64,000 nt of DNA from an uncultured Candidatus Binatia bacterium (GCA_965242525.1 OZ251459.1:704001-768000); one strand, 5' to 3'; positions 1 to 10,100 are shown, counted from the stretch's first letter. The notes: generated by a model not told the origin, from the letters alone. Made by a program: numbers and translations.

Positions 1-52
1 GGCTCTGGTTGCCGTCGCGCACCGTGGTATCGATGAAACGGACGTCGCTCAT
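1..52 (-). CDS. 5' end of a DRE-TIM metallolyase (pyruvate carboxyltransferase/HMGL-like), runs off the window
   Basis: Manual translation MSDVRFIDTTVRDGNQS contains the DTTxRDGxQS motif. Confidence 0.75.
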   Translation of the reverse strand, partial: MSDVRFIDTTVRDGNQS

Positions 53-54
53 GG

Positions 55-2028
55 TCACCTCGTTCGTATTTCGTTCCGCTCGCGGGCGAACCGGGGTTCG
101 TCGGGCAGCAGTTCCATGGCCCTCTGGTAGGCTTCCTCCACGTCTCGACGCGGCGCCTTCAGCCAGTTGCGCGTGCGCGCCAGGTCGCGCCAGGCCCAGG
201 CGTGACGGGCCGGCGAGGCGTCGAGTTGAAGGACGCGCTCCAGCAGCGTTCGGGCCTCGGTGAGAAACCGGCGGTTGGACTCGGGTTGGCGTCGTCGGTA
301 GGCTTCGTTCGCCAGCCAGAGCTTGGCCTGTGCGAACTCGTGCAGCGCCCGCGGGTCGGCGTACACTGCGTCTCCGGCTCGTTCGAAGTAGCGGTGTGCG
401 GCACGGGAATCCTTGGCGCGGCGGGCGAGGATGGCCGCGTCGATGGCGTCCTGGCCGAATATCGCGGGACGGTCCTGCCGGAGCAGCTTGCGCGCCTTGT
501 TCTCTTCACCGGCTTCCCACAGTACGTCGACCAGCGTATTGGCGACGTGGGAGACCGCGCTTTCCGGGCCTTGTGCCTCGAACGCTTCCAACACTTCTTC
601 GGCGCGCTCGACCTCGCCGCTGTTCGCGTATGCCCGGATCATTTCCGACGCGAGGACCGCCGAAGCGGGGTTGGAGGCCCACGCGGACTCGACGCGTCGA
701 AGCGCTTCCCTGTGCTCCCCCAACGTCCGCAGATGGGCCGCGTCCCGCAACGCGGACAGCGCAGCGTATTCCGGGTGGGCCGGCAACGTCGCCCGGAAGT
801 AGGTCCGCTGCTCGTCGAAATCGAACCGCGGGGGCTGCGACCCGTTGGCCTCCATGGCCTGGAAGACCTTCCGCAGCCCGGAGAGTCGCCCTTCGGCAAG
901 CCCCAGCTCCTTCAGGAACTCGCCGATACGGCGATTGCGGGCGGGCACGGCCGGGACTTCCGCGCCGGGGAGCAGGTGCCCGGCTTCGATTCCCGGCGCC
1001 GGCCCGGGATAGCTGGTGATTTCGACCCGGCTCGGAAAGAGATAGACCTTGGTGGGCTCGGGCTGGTCCACGTCGTAGCCGCGGTGGTAGAGCGCGTTGA
1101 CGAGGGTTTCCCGGAGCGCCGGCATCGGATAGCTGACCCAGCCCCGGACCCGGCTCCGGTCGTGTTGCTTCTGCAAGTGGTATGTCGAGAGGTTTTCGAG
1201 GTAGTTCAGGCAGTCGCGAAGCTGGTCCACGAGTCCGCCGCGGAAGGTGCGCTCCTCCTGCACGTCCCCGGCCCGGTCCGCGGCGAACTGGACGACCTCG
1301 ATCTTCGCCCCCCGAAACCACTCCACGGGGTCCCTCGCGAAGAAGAGGAGGCCCGCGTTCCGGGGCGCCTCGTGGTCGTTGACCTTCGTCGTGAGCCGCA
1401 TCCGCCGATAGATGCTCCTCTCGTCCGGCTCCTCGATGAGCCCGCTCTCCACGTCGCGCAGGTACTCGCGCACCTTCGCCTCGCGCAGGTCCTCGACTTG
1501 GGCGTCGTGCGCCCGGCGGTCGTCCCAGGGCACGCGGGCCGTCTGCTGGATGAGTCCCCGGAGCAGGTCGCCGCGCCGTTCGGCATCGACGGTCTCCGAG
1601 CCGAGGCGTACCCAGAACCGCCCCGGCCCCTTGCCGTCGGCGGCGGGCGCCCGGTGGGGCCGCATCTCGCTCGCCGGGGCCCACACGACCAGGATGAGTC
1701 GGTCTCCGACCGTCTCGGGCGACAGGAGGGGAGGGTAGGGCGGGTCGAGCCGGTTGCAGTGGCCGCGGATCCACTTCTGCGCCGCTTCGACTTCCTTCGC
1801 GGTCAGGCCGGAGGGGGGCAGGGCGGCCCGCCCGTCCCGCTCCCCGACGCCGATGACGACATAGCCGCCGTTCAGGTTGTGGTAGTCGTTCGCGAAGGCG
1901 CAGATGGTCCGCAGCACTTGGGGGCCGGTGGTGTGCGGGTCCCAGGACGCCTTGAACTCCACCCGCTCCGACTCCACGCCGCGGCAATGGAGGAGGTTGT
2001 CGAGGTTGATGGGAAGAATGGCGCTCAT
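55..2028 (-). CDS. Schlafen/AlbA_2 domain + HATPase_c_4 (RecG-C-like) + C-terminal TPR-like protein
   Basis: ESERVEFKASW...ICAFAND...GGYVVIGV (AlbA_2); ALRETLVNALYHRGY and RNRRIGEFLKELGLAEG (HATPase_c_4); helical repeat C-terminus; start placed at MSAILP. Confidence 0.8.
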   Translation of the reverse strand: MSAILPINLDNLLHCRGVESERVEFKASWDPHTTGPQVLRTICAFANDYHNLNGGYVVIGVGERDGRAALPPSGLTAKEVEAAQKWIRGHCNRLDPPYPPLLSPETVGDRLILVVWAPASEMRPHRAPAADGKGPGRFWVRLGSETVDAERRGDLLRGLIQQTARVPWDDRRAHDAQVEDLREAKVREYLRDVESGLIEEPDERSIYRRMRLTTKVNDHEAPRNAGLLFFARDPVEWFRGAKIEVVQFAADRAGDVQEERTFRGGLVDQLRDCLNYLENLSTYHLQKQHDRSRVRGWVSYPMPALRETLVNALYHRGYDVDQPEPTKVYLFPSRVEITSYPGPAPGIEAGHLLPGAEVPAVPARNRRIGEFLKELGLAEGRLSGLRKVFQAMEANGSQPPRFDFDEQRTYFRATLPAHPEYAALSALRDAAHLRTLGEHREALRRVESAWASNPASAVLASEMIRAYANSGEVERAEEVLEAFEAQGPESAVSHVANTLVDVLWEAGEENKARKLLRQDRPAIFGQDAIDAAILARRAKDSRAAHRYFERAGDAVYADPRALHEFAQAKLWLANEAYRRRQPESNRRFLTEARTLLERVLQLDASPARHAWAWRDLARTRNWLKAPRRDVEEAYQRAMELLPDEPRFARERNEIRTR

Positions 2029-2198
2029 GGAAGGACTACCACCCGTCATCGGGCCTTTCGCCCCGACTCTCTGGACTATACACCCTGAACCGGCGTAGCC
2101 GAAACCGGAACCATGACGTCTTCTCTCGACATTCCCGGAAGCCGTGCTATTTTCGGAAAGATGAGGAAATTGTCTTGAGGAACCCCTGAACAACCCTC

Positions 2199-2237
2199 CC
2201 GTTCGTCCTGAGCGTAGCGAAGCGAAGTCGAAGGACG
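2199..2237. repeat. REP-like family A (CCGTTCGTCCTGAGCGTAGCGAAGCGAAGTCGAAGGACG)
   Basis: Related copies at about 18376, 21118, 24679, 24932-25037, 27512-27617, 28832, 38533 and 39594, all intergenic. Confidence 0.85.
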
Positions 2238-2319
2238 CCCTTTCCCGAGGGAAAGCCGCATCGATCAGGCGTTCCTTGATATTTCCAGGACGTTTTCATC
2301 CATCGCAAGCGCTTGATCA

Positions 2320-2652
2320 TTGGAGGAGACCGTGAAGATACGCGACATCCAGAGGGATATCGAAGAGAGCCTCGCCAGCCTGCCGACCTTGACCCTGCCG
2401 CCGCTCTTGGAGGGGTTGAGGCATCTGCCCGTAGGCGACCGCAATCCCCAGGTGAGTATCCGCTATACGGACCAAGGGAGGAAGGTCCGAGAAGACGCGG
2501 ACGCGGGCTACTTCGATCCGGACCGTTGCGAGTTGGTGCTCCGGTTTACGCCGTTCCAGTCGGAGACTACGGGTCGCGCCGCCACCGGATTTACTCCGGT
2601 CCGCATACGAGGCGACTCCATTGCCGATACGGTGCTCGGTGACCGACGCTGA
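2320..2652 (+). CDS. hypothetical protein
   Basis: 110-aa ORF with protein-like composition; true start may be the GTG at 2332 after GGAGGAG. Confidence 0.55.
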   Translation: MEETVKIRDIQRDIEESLASLPTLTLPPLLEGLRHLPVGDRNPQVSIRYTDQGRKVREDADAGYFDPDRCELVLRFTPFQSETTGRAATGFTPVRIRGDSIADTVLGDRR

Positions 2653-2837
2653 CCGGATCCATGACGAGTCTCTACCTGGGTACGAGCGCGCTGCCGGAAG
2701 GCGTTGTTGCGCCGTCGCCGTGAAGTGCTTTGACAACGCGTCGTCGTTCTGGAATTATCCATGGTTGGATGCCAAAGGATGGGGTGAAACACCAGCGGGG
2801 TATCGTTCGCCCGCTCGTGGATCCGGTGGAGGGATCG

Positions 2838-3311
2838 ATGCGAACCGATTCCGTCGAGATGAACCGCGTCGTGGAAGGGCTGCCGTCCATATCCGCCAAG
2901 ATTCGCGCACTCGACGGCGCCGGATATGCGCGCGCCGACATCGCCAGGTTCCTGGGCAAGCGTTACCAGCACGTGCACAACGTTCTGGCGCGAGAGCGGG
3001 GGAAGGCCGCGGCTGCTCCGGCTCGGTCCGGGGCTCCCGACCGGCCGGGAGACGTCGCGTCGCAGAAACTCCGCGTTGCCGAAGACGGACGGGTCGTCAT
3101 CCCTGCCGAGATGCGCGCGGCGATGCTCATCGACGAAAGCGGCCATCTGACGGCGCGCGTGGTCGAAGGGGAGTTGAGGGTGTTGACGCCGAAGGCGGCC
3201 ATCTTCAAGTTGCAGCGGATGGTGCGGGAGAAGGCGCCCGACGGCGTTTCCCTGGTCGATGAGTTGATTGTCGAAAGGCGGGCCGAGGCGCGGCGTGAGG
3301 ATGACCGATGA
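2838..3311 (+). CDS. vapB: AbrB/MazE/SpoVT-family antitoxin (VapB-like) with N-terminal HTH-like extension
   Basis: LRVAEDGRVVIPAEMRAAM AbrB motif; SLVDELIVERRAEA tail; ATGA overlap with the PIN gene; GGAGG RBS. Confidence 0.85.
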   Translation: MRTDSVEMNRVVEGLPSISAKIRALDGAGYARADIARFLGKRYQHVHNVLARERGKAAAAPARSGAPDRPGDVASQKLRVAEDGRVVIPAEMRAAMLIDESGHLTARVVEGELRVLTPKAAIFKLQRMVREKAPDGVSLVDELIVERRAEARREDDR

Positions 3312-3688
3312 GCGTCGTCCTCGATTCGTCCGCAGTGCTTACGGTGATCAACGGGGAGGCCGGAGCGGAGAGGGTCGAGGCTGTCCTGACGGGGGGTTCG
3401 ATCAGCGCCGCCAATTTTTCCGAGGTCCTGTCGAAACTGGTGGACAAGGGCCACGATGACGGCGATGCCGTCGCCGTGCTCGACGCGCTTCCGTTGACGG
3501 TGCTTCCGATGGACGCGGCGCAGGCGCGGCGCGCCGGGTTGTTGCGCCGTCAGACGCGCAAGCTGGGCCTCTCCCTCGGGGACCGCGCCTGCCTGGCACT
3601 GGCGGTCGAGACGGGGCTTCCTGTGGTCACTGCGGACCGCGCCTGGGCGCAACTGGACCTTGGCATTCCAGTGACCGTGGTCCGTTGA
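3308..3688 (+). CDS. vapC: VapC PIN-domain toxin
   Basis: VVLDSSAVL...LSLGDRACLALA...VVTADRAW PIN motifs. Confidence 0.92.
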   Translation: MSVVLDSSAVLTVINGEAGAERVEAVLTGGSISAANFSEVLSKLVDKGHDDGDAVAVLDALPLTVLPMDAAQARRAGLLRRQTRKLGLSLGDRACLALAVETGLPVVTADRAWAQLDLGIPVTVVR

Positions 3689-3785
3689 GTTCGTGCGGTG
3701 AACGCAACCCTGGTCTTGCCGCGCCGCGGGGCCTCCGTCTCCTGCCGCGCCGAGCCCGCGTCTGCATCGCGCAAGTCGGAGTCCC

Positions 3786-4670
3786 ATGACCGATGAAGTT
3801 GCCCGGGGCGTGCTCTACGCCCTTGCTGCCGGTATCATCTGGGGCGTCGGCCCTTCCCTGCTCAAGCAGGGCATGGTCGCGTCGAGCGTCAGCATGGCGA
3901 CGCTGGTTTCCCAGTATGCGTCCACCGGCGCCCTGCTCCTGATCACCGCATGGAGGGGCGAGTTCGTGTCCCTGGGCTGGCGGGCGCTGCTTGCCTTCGG
4001 CCTTACGGGCGTGGCCGCGGCCCTGGGCAAGATCTTCCTCAACCGGGGGATCGACAGCGTGGGCGCGTCCAAGTCGGTGACGGTGAAGAACTCGTCGCCG
4101 CTCATCACCGTGTTCCTGGGCGCGGCCCTGCTGGGGGAGCGGGTGGGTTGGGAGATCCTGCTGGGGGTCGTGGTCATCGTGGCCGGCGTGCTGCTGCTCA
4201 GCGCCGCCCCCAGGGAAGGGTCCGAGGGGCCCGGCCGCCTGAGCTACTTCATGTACCCGCTGCTGTCCGCGCTGGCCTTCGGCGTCAATCCCATCTTCAA
4301 GAAATGGGGGCTCCTGGGCGCCGCGCTGCCCGCTCTGGGGACGCTCATCAACCACGTGGTCTCGCTGGTCTTCATGTTCACTGCGGGTCCCTTGCTGGGG
4401 ATCCATGCCCGACGGGAGAAGGTTCCGTTGAGGAGCGCGGTCCTCTTCTCCGTCACCGGCGTCACCGAGGCCGCGGCCTCCCTCCTGACCTACCAGGCCC
4501 TGCTGATCGCCCCCGCAGTGCTGGTGGCGCCCATATGGCGCATCTCGCCGCTGGTTACCTTCGTGCTGTCGCACTTCACGCTGAAGGCGCTGGAGACGGT
4601 CACCCTCCGGGACGGGTTGGCGGCCCTGCTCATCGTCGGCGGGGTGTGGGTGCTCAGCCTGGGCGGTTGA
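3786..4670 (+). CDS. EamA/DMT family transporter
   Basis: About 10 TM segments, two EamA repeats, LLGERVG motif. Confidence 0.85.
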   Translation: MTDEVARGVLYALAAGIIWGVGPSLLKQGMVASSVSMATLVSQYASTGALLLITAWRGEFVSLGWRALLAFGLTGVAAALGKIFLNRGIDSVGASKSVTVKNSSPLITVFLGAALLGERVGWEILLGVVVIVAGVLLLSAAPREGSEGPGRLSYFMYPLLSALAFGVNPIFKKWGLLGAALPALGTLINHVVSLVFMFTAGPLLGIHARREKVPLRSAVLFSVTGVTEAAASLLTYQALLIAPAVLVAPIWRISPLVTFVLSHFTLKALETVTLRDGLAALLIVGGVWVLSLGG

Positions 4671-4784
4671 CGCATCCGGGCCTTGCGAGCACCGGGCGGT
4701 TTGTCCGGCGTCCGGCGGTCCTGTACACTCGCGGTTCACTCAGGGGAAACCCTGTTCGGTCCGGGAAGAACCAAGGGGGAACGG

Positions 4785-5957
4785 ATGGCGGTTTCAGCTT
4801 TCGAGTACAGCAATCCTCGCGTGGAGCGCATCGTCTTCGGTCGCGGGACGGTAGGCCGGTTGGCGGACGAGGTCCGGCGGCTGGGCGCGAGCCGGGTGTT
4901 CGTGGTGACCTCGCCTTCCATCGCCCGGACGTACCTGCTGGACGCGGTGCGTTCGGCTCTGGGCGGCCTCTGCGTCGGGGTCTTCGACACGGTGAAGCCC
5001 CATTCGCCCACGGACTCGGTGGTGGCCGCGGCAGGGCAGGCGTCCGCGGCGTCCGCGGACGCTTTCGTCAGCGTGGGCGGCGGCAGCTCCATCGACACCG
5101 CCAAGGGCATGGCCGCGTACCTGGCCGAAGGCCGTCCGCTGAAGAGCCTGGCCACCCACTTCATACCGCCTGACCGCAAGGAAGTCCCGGACATGCCGGC
5201 GCCCAAGCTGCCCCACGTGGCCATCCCGACCACCTTCTCGGGGGGCGAGTACAGCTATTCCGCAGGCTTGGCCGAAGCGGGCCACAAGCTCATCCTCGCC
5301 GACCCCAAGCTGTCGCCCCGGGTGGTGCTGCTGGACCCGGAAGCCGCGCAGACCGCCCCGCCCAGGCTGCTGGCCGCGTCCGGCATGAACGCCCTGGCCC
5401 ACTGTGTGGAGGCCATCTACTCGACCCAGACCCAGGTGCTGAGCCAAGCCTACTGCCTGGCCGCGGTGGGACCCATCGCCGCCTACCTGCCGCGTCTGGT
5501 GGCGGACATGGACGACCTGGAGGCCATCGGGGAGATGCAGGTGGCCGCGTGCCTCTCGAGCATGGGGGTCTATAGCGCCTGGACCGGCATCCACCACGGC
5601 ATCGTGCACGTGGTGGGCGGGCGGTTCACCGTCCCCCACGCCCACATCCATGCGCTGATGCTGCCCTACGCCATGCGCTGGAACCTGGACGGCACCACCG
5701 AGGCCATGGCCCGCATCGCCCGGGCCATGGGGGTAAGCGAACCGGACGACGGGAAGGCCGCGGCCCGGGCCCCGGAAGTGGTGTACGAAATGAACGTCGA
5801 GATGGGGCTGTCGTTGCGGCTCCGGGACCTGGACATCCCGCGGGACGCGCTGCCGTCCCTGGCCGAAGCGGCCCTGGACGACATCAGCACCCACAACAAC
5901 CCCAAGAAGATCCACTCGGCCTCGCAGGTGCTGGAGTGCCTGGAGATGGCTTGGTGA
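4785..5957 (+). CDS. iron-containing alcohol dehydrogenase (maleylacetate reductase-like)
   Basis: VGGGSSIDTAK, IPTTFSGGE, GMNALAHCVEA and HHGIVH motifs. Confidence 0.9.
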   Translation: MAVSAFEYSNPRVERIVFGRGTVGRLADEVRRLGASRVFVVTSPSIARTYLLDAVRSALGGLCVGVFDTVKPHSPTDSVVAAAGQASAASADAFVSVGGGSSIDTAKGMAAYLAEGRPLKSLATHFIPPDRKEVPDMPAPKLPHVAIPTTFSGGEYSYSAGLAEAGHKLILADPKLSPRVVLLDPEAAQTAPPRLLAASGMNALAHCVEAIYSTQTQVLSQAYCLAAVGPIAAYLPRLVADMDDLEAIGEMQVAACLSSMGVYSAWTGIHHGIVHVVGGRFTVPHAHIHALMLPYAMRWNLDGTTEAMARIARAMGVSEPDDGKAAARAPEVVYEMNVEMGLSLRLRDLDIPRDALPSLAEAALDDISTHNNPKKIHSASQVLECLEMAW

Positions 5958-6557
5958 CCGTTGCGGCGACCTTGCCGTGAAAGTCTGGAGAGCCCCTTGC
6001 CCCGGTTGTCCAGATTTCCTGGATTAACTCCAAGTCTTTGACTTCCTTAAGGTTTCTCCTACATCGGGGGTTCCCAAAAGTCAAGGGGAAACCGGCAGAA
6101 AATCCGGGAAAATCGGGGTCCTTCCGGGGTCCATCCGGGCGCCGTCGAGGGCGTCCATCCGGGGACCTCGCGGGTGCCGTCTCCGGGATCCGTCCGGGGT
6201 CAGCCCGTGGGGACGCCTTGACCCCGGCAAGGTGGTTTGGCAAGGGCAACCAGCAAACGTCCATCCTGGGCACCGTGGGGAAGCGTGGGCGGCGTCTTCG
6301 GGGGTCCGTCTCCGGGGTCCCTGCCGGTAGCCAGAGAGACGGCGATCCACGTGGGGGCCGGGGTCTCTGGCAGGGTCCGGGGTCAGGCTTCGCGGGCAAG
6401 GTCCGGGGCGGCGTCGAGGGCGTCCGTCATGGGTCAGCCCGTGGGGACCTCGCGGGGGCCGTCTTCGAGGCGCCGTGGGAAGCCGTCCCTGGAAGCCGTG
6501 GGAAGCCCGTAGCGACGCGGGAGAGACTGGCCAGTAGGATAGGAAGGGTTGGGGGTC

Positions 6558-6601
6558 GAGACGCCGCCCACGGCTTTCCTGGGCATCCGGGGCGGCGTCT
6601 C
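6558..6601. terminator. conserved stem-loop downstream of cassette cargo
   Basis: GAGACGCCGCCCACGG...CCGGGGCGGCGTCTC; the copy-2 counterpart is a perfect 17-bp inverted repeat. Confidence 0.5.
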
Positions 6602-6639
6602 CAGTTGGGGTCAGGCTGGCAATCACGTTGTCCTTGCCG

Positions 6640-7161
6640 TCAAAGCCCGAGTTCGCCTTCTTTGGCCTTTCTGCATTCGTGATGATTTTTGAACCAGTAG
6701 GTTATCACCATCTCGAAGTTTTCAATATCTGTACCTGATTTCGACCTCGAAATACTAAACAAAATCTCGTCGATATTGTCCGGGTTCGTATCGGAGTCGG
6801 ATATGAACCATCGCATAGACAACCGCGCTTCGGATGCTGTTTCGGAGGTTTCTTCCTTGTCATGCTCTCCATACTTGGAGGCTAAAAACATCGCTGTTAT
6901 TGCTATATTGCCTTTAGCCTCTTCTATGCTAGATTCTGACCAGATAGCCGCAACTTCACAGGCCCCACCGTCCCGCGTACCTCCGATTAAGAGTCTCCCA
7001 AGGTTAAGACTACTTTTATACTCTCGCGTTTCCTGTCCATACCCTCCAGCACTCCATCCGTCATCCGGCTTGATGGGGTCTCCCATGCTGACCCCCAAGA
7101 GACCCGCCGCGGCCGTGTTCCCGATGGCCAGCATCAACGCCAAGGCCAGCAACGCTTTCAT
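6640..7161 (-). CDS. secreted hypothetical protein, paralog of the ankyrin protein C-terminal domain
   Basis: Signal peptide MKALLALALML; shares MGDxI, GTRxGGxC and YWFxNHxECxKAK with the neighbour. Confidence 0.8.
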   Translation of the reverse strand: MKALLALALMLAIGNTAAAGLLGVSMGDPIKPDDGWSAGGYGQETREYKSSLNLGRLLIGGTRDGGACEVAAIWSESSIEEAKGNIAITAMFLASKYGEHDKEETSETASEARLSMRWFISDSDTNPDNIDEILFSISRSKSGTDIENFEMVITYWFKNHHECRKAKEGELGL

Positions 7162-7190
7162 TTCAAACCTCCCGTCCCTGCCGTCAAAGC

Positions 7191-8957
7191 CTAGAGGTCT
7201 CCATCTTCGGGTTTCTTAGCTTTCTTACATTCGTCATGGTTTTCAAACCAATACGATAAACCAAGCAGGTGGTTATTGGGAAGAATATCTGTTCCTACTT
7301 TTGTGACCCAAAGGGCAAACTCCATGAGCTTGCTTGGGTTCGACTTCGGGAACCATCGCGCTTCCGGGTATTCCGAAGACGACTGCCGACCGAACAACCC
7401 CGATTCAGGTTTTTCCTTGTCAGGCTTTCCGTACTTGTCAGTTAACAAGGTCAGCACCCTGTCATATTCGCTTAAAGCGCGTTCTTTGGTATGAAACCAT
7501 CCGTTAGCACGAAAGGCACAGACCCCACCTTTCCGCGTCCCTTGAACTGTGTATTTTTCAAAGGGGAGACTACCTCTATAGGTGCGCGTTTCTTCTCCCC
7601 ACTTTTCGGATGCTGGTATAGACCTGATGCGATCTCCCATGCAGACCCGGAAGGGACAGGCCGCCCTCCTGAGCCTCTCGGCTTCCTTGGCCTTCTCTGC
7701 GGCTGCCTTGACCCTTTCTACGGCTTCCTTATCTCCGACACTCTCTGCGGCTTTCCTTACGGCCGCAGCATATCCACTGCTCGCCGCAAGGTCAAAAGCC
7801 GTCTTTCCGTCCGTGTTCTTGGCGTTGACGTTGACCCCGGTTCTCAATAAAACCTCTATGGCCGCAGCATGTCCTTGCCACGCCGCATAGTGCAAAACCG
7901 TCCATCCGTGCTTGTCTTCGGCGTTGATATTGGCTCCAGCCTTCAACAGGGCATCAATAGCCGTTACCTGTCCATCAGCCGCCGCATAGTGCAGGGCCGT
8001 CCTTCCCTCCTCGGCCTCGGCGTTGATATTGGCTTCAGCCTTCAACAGGGCATCAATGGCCGTTACCTGTCCTTTGCTCGCTGCCCAATGCAGGGCCGTC
8101 TCTCCCTCCTCGGCCTTGGCGTTGATATTGGCTCCAGCCTTCAACAGGGCATCAATGGCCGTTACCTGTCCGTTGCTCGCTGCCCGAGACAAAGCCGTCC
8201 ATCCGTGCTTGTCCTCGGCGTTGATATTGGCCCCGGCCTTCAACAGGGCATCAATAGCCGTTACCTGTCCTTTGGGCGCTGCAAAATGCAGAGCCGTCAA
8301 TCCGTTCGTGTCCTTGGCGTGAACGTTAGCCCTGGCCTTCAACAGGGTATCAATGACCGCAACCTGTCCGTTGGCCGCCGCATAGTGCAAAGCCGTCAAT
8401 CCGTTCTTGTTCTTGGCGCTGATATTGGCCCCAGCCTCCAACATGGCATCAATGGCCGCAACCTGTCCGTTGGCCGCCGCATGGTGCAAAGCTGTCAATC
8501 CGTTCTTGTCCTCGGCGTGGACGTTAGCCCCAGCCTTCAACATGGCATCAATGGCCGTTACCTGTCCTTTGCTCGCTGCCCGAGACAAAGCTGTCCATCC
8601 GTGCTTGTCCTCGGCGTTGATATTGGCCCCGGCCTTCAACAGGGCATCAATGGCCATTACCTGTCCTTTGCGCGCCGCATGGTGCAAAGCCGTTCTTCCG
8701 TTCTTGTCCTCGGCGTGGACGTTAGCTCCGGCCTCCAACAGGGCATCAATGGCCGCAACCTGTCCTTCCCACGCCGCATCGTGCAAAGCCGTAAATCCCT
8801 TCTTGTTCTTGGCGTTGACGTTGGCCCCTGCCTTCAACATCGTCTGGATTGAAGCCACATCGCCCGCCGCTGCCGCATCATGTAACTTGTCAGCATGAAC
8901 GCTCTTCCCGATGGCCAGCAACGTCAGCATCAACGCCAAGGCCAGCAACGCTTTCAT
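7191..8957 (-). CDS. secreted ankyrin-repeat protein (about 11 repeats) with C-terminal unknown domain
   Basis: 33-aa repeats GxTALHxAAxxGQVxAIDALLKAGANINA; 99-bp tandem DNA repeats; signal peptide. Confidence 0.95.
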   Translation of the reverse strand: MKALLALALMLTLLAIGKSVHADKLHDAAAAGDVASIQTMLKAGANVNAKNKKGFTALHDAAWEGQVAAIDALLEAGANVHAEDKNGRTALHHAARKGQVMAIDALLKAGANINAEDKHGWTALSRAASKGQVTAIDAMLKAGANVHAEDKNGLTALHHAAANGQVAAIDAMLEAGANISAKNKNGLTALHYAAANGQVAVIDTLLKARANVHAKDTNGLTALHFAAPKGQVTAIDALLKAGANINAEDKHGWTALSRAASNGQVTAIDALLKAGANINAKAEEGETALHWAASKGQVTAIDALLKAEANINAEAEEGRTALHYAAADGQVTAIDALLKAGANINAEDKHGWTVLHYAAWQGHAAAIEVLLRTGVNVNAKNTDGKTAFDLAASSGYAAAVRKAAESVGDKEAVERVKAAAEKAKEAERLRRAACPFRVCMGDRIRSIPASEKWGEETRTYRGSLPFEKYTVQGTRKGGVCAFRANGWFHTKERALSEYDRVLTLLTDKYGKPDKEKPESGLFGRQSSSEYPEARWFPKSNPSKLMEFALWVTKVGTDILPNNHLLGLSYWFENHDECKKAKKPEDGDL

Positions 8958-9088
8958 TCCGCCCTCCTCTGGTTAGTCAGCCTACAAGGTGGGGAGCGGC
9001 GTCGTTCCGGTAAGGGACTTTGACAATGGCGGCGTGAACCCGCTCCCCGGACCCGTCCATACACAATCCAGCCCGCGGCGTCAACCCA

Positions 9089-9253
9089 TTAGGCGTCATC
9101 GTCCTCTTCGCCGTGGTTAAGCCAGTAGTTGAGAGCATGACGAACCACCGCCGAGTTTGTGACCTGCACGGACTGATGGCGTTCCGAGTAGGGTTCCACC
9201 GTCACATCAAGCAGTTCTTTCTTGATGCTGACCAACTTGTAATCAGGATGCAT
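9089..9253 (-). CDS. 54-aa ribbon-helix-helix (CopG-like) DNA-binding protein, putative
   Basis: MHPDYKLVSIKKELLD...TNSAVVRHALNYWL strand-helix-helix pattern; AAGGGG RBS; second copy at 17964-18128. Confidence 0.6.
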   Translation of the reverse strand: MHPDYKLVSIKKELLDVTVEPYSERHQSVQVTNSAVVRHALNYWLNHGEEDDDA

Positions 9254-9581
9254 AATCGTATCCCCTTTCAAATGGGGCTCTTCAGGAATTCGAGTGGGCA
9301 AGGTAGGAAGGAAAGAGGAGGACAGGGGTCATGCCGTCATTGCTCCGCAGACGCCTACCCCGTCATTCCTGCGAAACCATGTCCTCGTGGAAGCGGGGAC
9401 GGGAATCTCGTTGTACAAACTTCCATGCCCGCTTCTACTTCTTGACCACCTTTTTTCTCTGGATAGCGCTTTTCATGTAGTCAGGGACCTCGTATTCAAC
9501 CAATTGGTCCACAGTGATTGCAAGGCGTCATGGGGTTTGGGTCGGAAGGATGGAAACATGGGGAGTTTGCATAAGAATGGA

Positions 9582-9872
9582 TGGATTCCCGCTTTCGCGG
9601 GAATGACGGTTAGGCTTTCGCGGGAATGTGGGCAGGATTTCACGGCTGTAGCGTTCCGTCCCCTCATGGCGCGGCCGGGTGGGGCGCCCTCCTGGATTCC
9701 ACCCGGGTCACCTCGCCGCCAGCCGTCCCGGGTTGCGCTTCATGGCGGTCTCCACGTCTTCCCGTGAGACGCCCTCGGCCATGAGTCCCGCGGCCAGCCT
9801 GCCCAGTCCTTCCGCGGGGCTCATCCGGTCCACCTGTCCCAGGTCCGTGGACAGGACCACGCGGTCGGTGCC
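9582..9872. repeat. direct repeat of 11802-12130 (3' end of the DUF6282-like gene plus downstream REP)
   Basis: Near-identical sequence encoding DRVVLSTDLGQVDRMSPAEGL...NPGRL. Confidence 0.9.
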
Positions 9873-10100
9873 TGCCTGTTTTTCTGATGGAGAGCTTCGA
9901 GAAGGGAGTTTTACCGGCAGGTTCGCGCACTCGATTTGCAATTGAGCAAAGTACCGGCTTGGGCCGCTCGGGGCGGGGGCGATGTTGCCCAAGCGCTGAC
10001 CCCGTTACCTTGTTCCGACTCAAGGCGCCTCGATTTGGGAAGCGTGTGCGGCCGTCCTTTCGGCTTTGACCTCGCCTTGGCATGGGACTATGCTGTCCCC

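Larger units (their letters stand above)
6029..9274. mobile_element. putative non-autonomous cargo cassette, copy 1
   Basis: Left flank (TCCAAGTCTTTGAyTTCCTTAAGGTTTC... to the hairpin) and right flank (RHH-like gene plus TCGTATCCCC..TTTCAAATGG) are shared with 17120-18152; cargo has lower GC. Confidence 0.6.

Noticed and set aside
7800-8880. 99-bp tandem repeats as a CRISPR-like or DGR-like array
   Set aside because: They are in-frame ankyrin coding repeats; no spacers or reverse transcriptase.
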